DNA of 64,000 nucleotides from Eledone cirrhosa (lineage: Eukaryota). Shown here piece by piece: positions 55,635 through 64,000 of the stretch. A program made the translations under genes and the position numbers. The DNA is taken from assembly GCA_964016885.1 (NCBI GenBank), contig OZ024745.1, positions 19,716,001-19,780,000 of the forward strand, given 5' to 3'. The notes beneath the pieces are model-generated. The model was not told the DNA's origin, did no database searches, and saw only the letters and a program-made list of their open reading frames with translations. Position 1 is the first letter of the stretch. Each line of letters begins with the position of its first letter.

Positions 55635-57118
55635 GGTGTCATACCAAAGGATTGGTGCAGTAGCATCATTGTTAACTGCTACAAAGGTAAAGGTGATGCA
55701 CCTGATAGAGGAAACTATAGAGATATAAAGCTGATGGACCAGGTCATGAAAGTAACAGAAAGAGTTATAGCACAGTTGATTAGGGACCGGGTGAAACTAG
55801 ATGAGATGCAATTTGGGTTTGTGCCAGGAAGAGGCACCTCTGATGCCCTCTTCCTTCTGAGGCAGTTACAGGAAAAGAACCTAGCTAAAAGTAAGCCACT
55901 CTACCTGGCATTTGACAGAGTTCCCCGTGCTATAATCTGGTGGGCTCTTATAAAACTAGGAGTAGATGAATGGTTTGTGAAAGCTGTACAAGCCATGTAT
56001 AGGGGAGCAGTCAGCAAAGTTAGGATTAGCAATGAGTATAGCGAGGAATTTAGCATACAGGTCGGTATCCACCAGGGCTCTGTTCTTAGCCCTCTCCTGT
56101 TCATCATAGTCCTGCAGGCAATAACGGAGGAGTTTAAGACCGGATGCCCATGGGAACTCCTGTATGCAGATGACCTCGCACTTATAGCTGAATCTGTGGT
56201 AGAACTAGAGAAGAAATTCCAAACTTGGAAGCAAGGACTAGAAAGAAAGGGTCTGAAAGTCAACCTGACAAAGACTAAGGTCGTTGTAAGTAGACGAGAA
56301 AACAGAACCCAGATCCTCTCAGGGAAATGGCCTTGCTCAGTATGTAGGAAAGGTATAGGTAGGAACTCCATTCTCTGCCCCAAATGGGTACACAAGAGAT
56401 GTAGCAGGATCTCAGGAAGCTTAACTAAGAATGTAGGCTTCACATGTAGCAGCTGTTCTGGGACAGCAAGCAGCAAACAGCCACAGGAAACAAGTACCAC
56501 CAATCTCTGGGAGGGCTCTGTAGAAACAGTAGACAGCTTCTGCTACCTAGGTGACCGAATTAGCAGCAGAGGTGGATGTTCGGAAAGTACAATAACTAGG
56601 GTAAGAACGGGATGGAAGAAGTTCAGGGAGCTACTGCCACTGCTAGCTGCAAAAGGCTTCTCCCTCAAAATGAAAGGCAGACTGTATGATGCATGTTATA
56701 CGAACAGCAATGTTACATGGTAGTGAGACCTGGGCGCTGTCAGTGGAAGAGTTGCGTAGATTAGAAAGAAACAAAGCCTGCATGCTCCGATGGATGTGTA
56801 ATAGTAATATACGCAAACGGCAAAGCATAATGAATTGAGAGAGAGAGACTGAGCATAAGATAAATCAAACACTGTGTGCAGGAGACGCGGTTGCATTGAT
56901 ATGGACATGTGATGCGTATGAAGGATGACAGCTGCATAAAAAGGTGCAGAGCACTAGAAGTCGATGGAAACCGCGGAGTGGGGAAACCCAAGACCTGGGA
57001 TGAGGTGATAAAAGCCGACCTTACCCAATTACACCTCTCAAAGGCGATGACACACGACCGTGACCTCTGGCGCCACGCAGTAATACAGAAGACCCGACCC
57101 CCCACAGGTACAAGCTGA
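55635..57118 (+). mobile_element. RTE LINE 3' half (RT and PHD-type finger), decayed
   Basis: Starts at [22 protein letters not shown]; [16 protein letters not shown]; small deletions and frameshifts. Confidence 0.92.
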
Positions 57119-57639
57119 AGCTGAAGCATATAGACAATATGCATCCTCACCATGGAAAAAAAGCGAGGATAATACGTCGTTATGTGGAGCGAGAAGAACA
57201 ATTTCATGCAATGACAAGACCAAGTTTCTGGTATAAATGGAGTCGTTAGACTAATATTCTATTTAACATAACAGAATGATTTCCAGCCCCGGAGTTTAAG
57301 AATGATGTAAATAAAATTGAAAACGAAAATGACAGAAGTTATTAAAATAGTAAAAGTAAATAGTGAAGATTTAGGCCAGTACATACGTATGCCCCGACGG
57401 ACATATACATACATACGCACACACAAATACATACACACCCACACACACGCACGCATGCGCGCGCGCGCGTATGTATAAATCTTATGCATTTCTACAGTAT
57501 TTTCACCAAACTTAAGACATAGGTTAATTATGTACTCCGGATGGTCATGGGCACTTTCATTTTTCCAGATATTGATTATAGGGCCTCCCGGCAGATAACC
57601 CCCTTTAACCACTTCCTTGGAGTCGACTGATGAACTGCA

Positions 57640-57907
57640 GTGCAATGCAACAGAACATCATAACTTCTGGAGTTTGCAACCGATTTTCACAAAACTTGAC
57701 ACATGGGCTTCGTTTGTCCTACAGATGAATGTGAACTCTCAGAATTGGCACATATTGAATAGGGGATCCCTGGGGGCAGGAACCCCCTTTTGGAAAAAAG
57801 CCAATGATTTTGTAAAAGTATAGTTTTCGAAGTAGCACTGAAGTATTGACATAAATGGTATACACAACTGCTATTTAATACCCGAGCAACGCCGGGTACC
57901 TCTGCTA

Positions 57908-57909
<2 letters not shown>
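57640..57909 (+). mobile_element. Non-autonomous Helitron-type 3' portion
   Basis: Subterminal hairpin tacccgagc-aac-gccgggta (57879-57898) followed by CTAG|T; cataacttc..aaccgattttcacaaaactt motif upstream. Confidence 0.7.
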
Positions 57910-57950
<41 letters not shown>

Positions 57951-58134
57951 ATGTATATATACACACACACATACATACATATATACATATGTATACATGA
58001 GCAAGACACAGTCACTTGATCCAACTTGTCACACAATGTGACAACTCATCTTACCCATGCTACATGCTAGCATTGAAAAATGGGCGTTAAACTGTGATCA
58101 TATATATATATATACACATATATATTTAATATAT

Positions 58135-58182
58135 TTCTACAGGACTAGTAGAACTGTTTCATTCGGGAGAAATCATCAGGAA
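58135..58182 (-). ncRNA. Type-I hammerhead ribozyme in a ~65-bp island between (TA)-rich tracts
   Basis: Minus strand reads ttc-CTGATGA-t-ttc(tccc)gaa-t-GAAAC-ag..ct-GTA-gaa. Confidence 0.7.
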
Positions 58183-58236
58183 GCCGACTGTCCGAGTATA
58201 TACACACACAGACACATATATATATGTATATTTTTG

Positions 58237-58330
58237 CAGGGTGTCCCAAAAAGTGTATACATACTTCAACAGCATTCTAATAAATATTACCTGTACAGGT
58301 AATCAAAGTGTATATACATTTTTGGGACAT

Positions 58331-58333
<3 letters not shown>
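58237..58333. mobile_element. Tc1-type MITE (copy of 2777-2876)
   Basis: cagggtgtcccaaaaa...tttttgggacatcct. Confidence 0.75.
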
Positions 58334-58409
<76 letters not shown>

Positions 58410-58799
58410 AAGGCAAAACTGTCAGTGGAAAGAAAGGAGAGAAACGATTTTTAAAAAAAGAGGCAAAAGCAAAAACGAAACACTAGCCAAAAGTACGTAG
58501 AAAAAAACAAAAAATAATAAAGTAGAAATAAATAAAATAGAAATTTAAGAAAAACAACAAACAAATAAAGGAATAAATAAATAAAAATTAAACAAGTTTG
58601 AAAAGTAGTCGTTAGTAGAAAAACCTGTTTGTTGGTGTCAGAAATCTGTTTTCCAATATTATTCTTCTAGTATGTTCTGCAATGGTGATTTTATACTATG
58701 TACCTGAATCAATATAAGTAGGACTGTATTTATTGTTTATTTATGAAAAATATATAACAACAAAGAATCAACAACAATTATTATTATTATTATTATTGT

Positions 58800-59347
58800 T
58801 CTTTGAGTCTCAGTCATTGATGTTAGTTAACTGGAAAGTTTGTTGAAATGAATATCAAGCCACTACCTGCAACCTCAGATATTCAGGACGTATCGGAGGG
58901 TTCTTGCTGTTCCCAGCAGGCATGCCTTTTGAAGTGCTCCAAAAAGCGGGGCAGGGCCAATTTTCTTTAACCATCCCTGGAAACTTTTTGAGATAGTACC
59001 TAGTGCACCTATGACAATTGGGACCACTTTGACTTCATGGCAGTTCCAAATCCTTTTTACCTCCCACTTTAAGTCCTGGTATCGGTTAATTTTCTCCCTC
59101 TCCTTCTCTTGCACTCTCGTGTCGAATGGGTAGGCCACATCCACAATCAGGCACGATCTTTTTTCCTTGTCCAAAACCACCAGGTCAGGTCTATTGTGTT
59201 ACAGTTTCTTGTCCGTCTGTATCCTAAAATCCCACAGCACCTTCACCTGATCGTTTTCTATCACCGACTCTGGCTTATGCTCATACCACTTCTCAGAATG
59301 TGGTAAATTGTTTACTTTGCATAGGTGCCAGTGGACCACCCTGCCCA
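58800..59347 (-). mobile_element. R4/Dong-clade non-LTR 3' fragment (restriction-like endonuclease) in (TAA)n
   Basis: WYEHKPE, LWDFRIQTD, RPDLVV, IVDVAYP, EKINRYQDL, VVPIVIGALG, LQKACLLGTA; (ATT)n on both sides. Confidence 0.88.
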
Positions 59348-59597
59348 TTATTATTATTATTATTATTATTACTATTATTATTTGTCAGAGAAGGCTAAGG
59401 GAAAAGAGGATGTAAAATGATGATGATGAGATAGAGAGAGAGAAGGAAAAGAGAGTTAAACATTGATAAAAATAGATTCACGCAAATACATGTATACAAT
59501 TCATATGTGTGTATATATATGTACCCACACACATATATACATATATGTGTATGTGTGTGTTTATATATATATATATATACACACACACACATATATT

Positions 59598-59632
<35 letters not shown>

Positions 59633-60825
59633 ATAAACACACACACAAACATATATAGAGAAAAGAAGAGTTGATTCTTCTTTGCTCTTGCCAACAATTC
59701 ACGTCATAAATATTAATTAGATAGGAACAATTAAGATGTCCTCGTCAAAGATGTCCACTTCATTATACAATACTTCAATATCAATCTTCTCTGCTATTCA
59801 GGTATTTTTTCCTGACCAAAGATGTAATAACTTGTGTACATATTAAATGTAAATTGTGTGTGTACACAGACAAACAGTCAATAAAGAGGAGGAAAAAAAG
59901 GAAAATAAAAAAAAATAATAAAAATAATACAAATATAGAAGGTAACAACCACCTGGTGGGACAAATTGCAATAATTACTTGATGTTAATTACAACTGATA
60001 TATTTGACTTCTTCCATAAGGTGGGTTTGAGTTAACCAGACTAAACAATGAGAACATCTAGAGGAGGTCTTGAAACTCTGGAATATTAGGGACCAAGAAA
60101 CTTCCTCATCTTCTAGGTTATTCTCATGAATGGGATAAAATATGAGTACATCAAAATACATTACCTTTTTTCTCCCCTTCCTTATCATTGAGCCAACAAG
60201 TGTGTGTAGGGCTTCTACATGAGTGTTCGATCTGCTGCCAAATCTCCCTTCTTTCAAGGAACTAGTTAGAAATCTTAGTATACTTTGCTCTTGAAATGCC
60301 TCAAAAGAGTATTTTTTATACTTTTTTTTATATTTTCTATATTCTTTTACATTACACAACTAAACAATATTTTGAAACTAATTTCTGGTTGGTTGTCACA
60401 TTGCCAAGATTTCAGACCTTCTTTGCTTACCGTGTGAGGTGGAACCCGTCAAATTAGACCAAAACACAATGTTTCCATTGGTCTTTTCAATTGCTGATAT
60501 TATCTACCAGCAGCAATTCCTGGCAGATAGAGAAACATAAAATAAAGTGTCTTGCTCAAGGACCTACCGCATTGCCCAGTCCGGGAATTGAACTTACAAG
60601 TTCACAATTGCGAATCCAATTCTCTAAATAAACCAGAATGATACATTGGATAATGCAGTCCTAAATATAACTGTCTGAAAAAGAAAATTGATAGGATGAT
60701 CATATTTGGAGCATCTTTGATTAAAGCTGCTTTATAAATTAAGCAAAAACAATACCTATTTTTTGAAGCCTGGCTGCTTAAAATATCGCCTCTATTCTCT
60801 TCTGAGATAGATCTTATCATATTTA

Positions 60826-61020
60826 TGAGGGTCGGCTAAAAATTTCATAGGCTGCCTATGAAGGAGTGATGCTAGAGCTATGAAATATTGCATGCATTAA
60901 TTTCAACTCTTATTGATAAAAGCTTTGTTTCTTTCCAGGGACTATGTTGAAAAATAAACCTCATTTGGTCATTCCAAGAGAGTATCTTGGTCAGCCTATG
61001 AACTTTTCATGTGACCCTCA
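60826..61020. mobile_element. mariner-derived MITE
   Basis: Inverted relative of 5216-5400, with TA flanks. Confidence 0.8.
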
Positions 61021-61414
61021 TATTTAAGTGTCTGTGTTCTTTTGTCTGTCATTGCCACAGTGTCTTCTATTGTTCCTTAGTTCAGTATGGTGGTAATTCA
61101 TCTAAATTTACACATCAAAGAAACAGAATTATTAATGAGATTGCTAATGTCTTCATTCCTCTCAGATTTATTTCTTCTTATTGTTCTTGTTGTTGTTTAT
61201 GTTTTAGGTCATTATTACAAATGTTTTCTCATATTTACTCCTACTCTTTGATGAAATATAATGAAGTAATGATGGAACAGCTATAACATTGCTCTTATCT
61301 TCTTCATCTCCCTCTCTTCTCCCTCTCTTCTTCTCTCCTCCACATCCTCCTCTTCCTCCACATCCTCATCACTTCTTCCTCCTCCTCCTTCTCATTCTTC
61401 CCTTCGTTGCTCTC

Positions 61415-61492
61415 CTCTTCTTCTTCTTCTTCTTCTTCTTCTTCTTCTTCTTCTTCTTCTTCTTCTTCTTCTTCTTCTTCTTCTTCTTCTTC
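61415..61492. repeat. (CTT)n microsatellite
   Basis: Direct inspection. Confidence 0.95.
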
Positions 61493-62415
61493 CTGAGAGA
61501 GTCGTGGGGGGCAGAGTTCTCAAACACTCTTTACAGCAGAAGCTGTCAGAAGCAACTGTCTCCAACTGATCTGGCTGGATCCCCAAGCAGGCAGTCCAGT
61601 CCTGGGATTTAGATATCTTCCACTCCTCTGTGTTATGGTAGGCATTGCCTCTGGTTTGTGGTCAAAGTGACAAGGCTGGAGATGGAGAACGTGTCATAGC
61701 ATGTGATGTCCCAGATTAGAGATTTTATGTAAGAAAGATCAGCTATTGTTGAGTATCATCATCTGAACATTATAATAAATACTGTATTGCTTGTAGCAAG
61801 ACAACTAACATAAACTTGGAACTTCAATGAGCCTAACAAGGGAACTTCTTCCTGGTTGTCCAACATACTAGAAATAGCAGCTAAATTGGATAATTTAATT
61901 CAAGAAAATGATAAAAAAAAAACAGGAGAATCATGGTTAGAATAGGTCTGCTTGAATGGGGTTGAACTATAACTAAACCAGAATTACTACAGCTGCAGCA
62001 ATAACAACAATATGATAAAGAAATACACTTTTTTTTACATAAGTTAAGCTACTCTCAATACAAACATAACAATACCCCAAATTGGACGCACCCATCAAAT
62101 CAGAAAGCAAACATCACACCACCACCTTTACAATCATAACCAGGATCTCTGTGTCTCTTTCACTGTCAGTCACCACCCTTATCATGCTTGGAGAAACTAT
62201 TTATTTAAACACAAATATAAATGATATAAAAATACAACTGACTAAGATTATTTATAACTACAAAAACATTTATAGAAGATATACCCTTGCATCGTCATAT
62301 TGGATCTAAATAATGCTTTATCAAATAAAATGTTGTGGAGTCATGCATGAGATATTCACACAACAATGCTTAAATATCCCAGATGCGCATATGTTATCAA
62401 GGTATATATGTAATA

Positions 62416-62712
62416 TGAGGGCCAGCTGAAAAGTTCATAGGATGACCAAGATACTCTCATGGAATGTGACCAAATGAGGCTTATTTTTCAACATAGTCCC
62501 CATGCAGTCCACATACTTCTTCCATCGGTGTTGCTGTGATTGGAAGAAGCCTTCATCCTGTTGGCCCCCAAAAAATCATTAACAGCAGATATGATGTCAT
62601 CAGAACTATGATACTAGTTCCTAGCCAAGTGTTTTTTCATGTTGGGGAAGAAATGATAGTCAGATGGGGCCAAATCAGGAGAATCGGGAGGGTGATCAAC
62701 CAGTTTAAAGCC
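62416..62712 (-). mobile_element. mariner transposase 3' remnant with TIR
   Basis: HPPDSPDLAPSDYHFFPNMKKHL (YSPDLAPSD motif); TIR shared with the MITEs at 5216 and 60826. Confidence 0.85.
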
Positions 62713-63472
62713 AATTCCACCAACCATTTCATTCCATTTCCCTCTATTCCCATCATCCTCTGCTATTCCTTGTTTGTTTTCAGCAATATTCCACTCATCC
62801 ACCTTACTATTCTCATTTTTACTGTAGCTATCCTTCTTTACTGTTCTACATTCTGAATGTAAGGCCCTGTTCGGAGAGTATGTGGTGAGAGGTGTGTGTG
62901 TGTGGGGGGGGGGGGGTCTGTTCCTAGAGGGAACTCTGTTTGACAAGGAATGCCCAGGGCATTTCCTCCCCTCTGCTCCCCATTAAATCTGGCCACGGGA
63001 GAGGGTATTGTCAATTAAATCAATGTCATTACTTGAATGGTATTAATATTATTGAGACCTAAAGTTGACTTTGGCAAGATCGAAACCCCAAATATAAAGG
63101 GACATAACTGAACATTGAACAATGTTTTGTTTGTTCCTCTAACTATTTTTCCATTCACCGATATCACCAATAATAATAACAAAAACAACAAATAGAATTA
63201 TAAAATAGAAAGAAGTTATACATAGGATAAATAATTGAAGCTGAAAATATAAAGATTGGTTGATCATGGCTGGAATGTCTCTGATCATTGGTCTGCTTGA
63301 AAGCAGGAATAACCTAGGGTTAAATAATATTGACAACAACAGAAGCAATTTCCCTGTATATTGCTTTTCATCAGAGATGATTAATTTCGTTGAGAATGTA
63401 GTGGGAGGTTCTGGTAGAGGGGCTTCAATTTTTTTACTTTATCTTATTTTTGTATGTATTGTTAGTACTTAC

Positions 63473-63998
63473 GTCACCATCACCACCACCATCACCATGA
63501 CCACCACCATCATCTCCACCACCACCATCACCATCACCACCACCACCACCACTACCATCACCACGACCACCACCATCATCTCCACCACCACCACCATCAC
63601 CATCACCACCAACATCACCATCACCACTACCATCACCACCACCATCATCTCCACCACCACCATCACCACCACCACCACCATCACCATCATCACCACTACC
63701 ATCATCACCACCACCATCACCACCACCATCACCACCACCCCCACCATCACCACTACTGTCACCATCACCACCAACATCACCATCACCATCACTATCAACA
63801 GCAACATCACCATCATCACTACCACCAACGCCAACACTATCATCAACACTAGCACCCTCACAATCAACATCACCAACACCGACACCACCAACACCACCAA
63901 CACCACCAACATCACCATCACTAACACCACCAACATCACAATCACCATCACCAACATCACCATCACCACCACAAGCACCAACACTAACACCAACACCG
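63473..63998. repeat. (CAC/CAT/CAA)n low-complexity tract
   Basis: Direct inspection. Confidence 0.95.
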
Positions 63999-64000
63999 TG

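Noticed and set aside
57620-57640. CTGATGA at about 57626
   Set aside because: No downstream GAAA or stem III; possibly truncated by the Helitron, but unsupported.
58620-58740. Penelope GIY-YIG remnant (TYID..T..AEH) on the minus strand
   Set aside because: Too short and degenerate; no autonomous Penelope ORF can be supported anywhere in the window.
59985-60520. Possible host exons on the minus strand (124-aa ORF; cag|...|gtaag at 60431-60520)
   Set aside because: The best acceptor gives stops in all three frames and I recognise no homology; RNA-seq would be needed.

Overview
This is eukaryotic, AT-rich, repeat-saturated intergenic or intronic DNA. The SINE, RTE and (TA)n content looks molluscan, most like an octopod cephalopod (inference). 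No host gene could be supported. It holds about nine RTE-clade LINE copies or fragments from at least three families, an R4/Dong-type fragment in (TAA)n, tRNA/CORE/Meta-type SINEs, mariner, Tc1 and piggyBac-type MITEs, a Helitron 3' end and many microsatellites. The main observation is at 44721-52281: a 7.56-kb array of about 16 near-identical 468-bp units set in (TA)n and inverted at its middle. Every unit carries an intact minimal type-I hammerhead ribozyme (HHR) with a palindromic, dimer-type stem III, plus an octamer motif. It therefore looks like a very young non-LTR retrozyme (predicted circular-RNA) concatemer. At least seven further HHRs from about six unrelated sequence families lie in small (TA)n-embedded islands. 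Three of them have a U3-A8 compensatory core, and several have a 5' inverted duplication anchored in (TA)n. Together these suggest a ribozyme-bearing, TA-targeting, Penelope-like mobilisation system whose enzyme is not encoded in this window. All structures were folded by eye; no searches were run.
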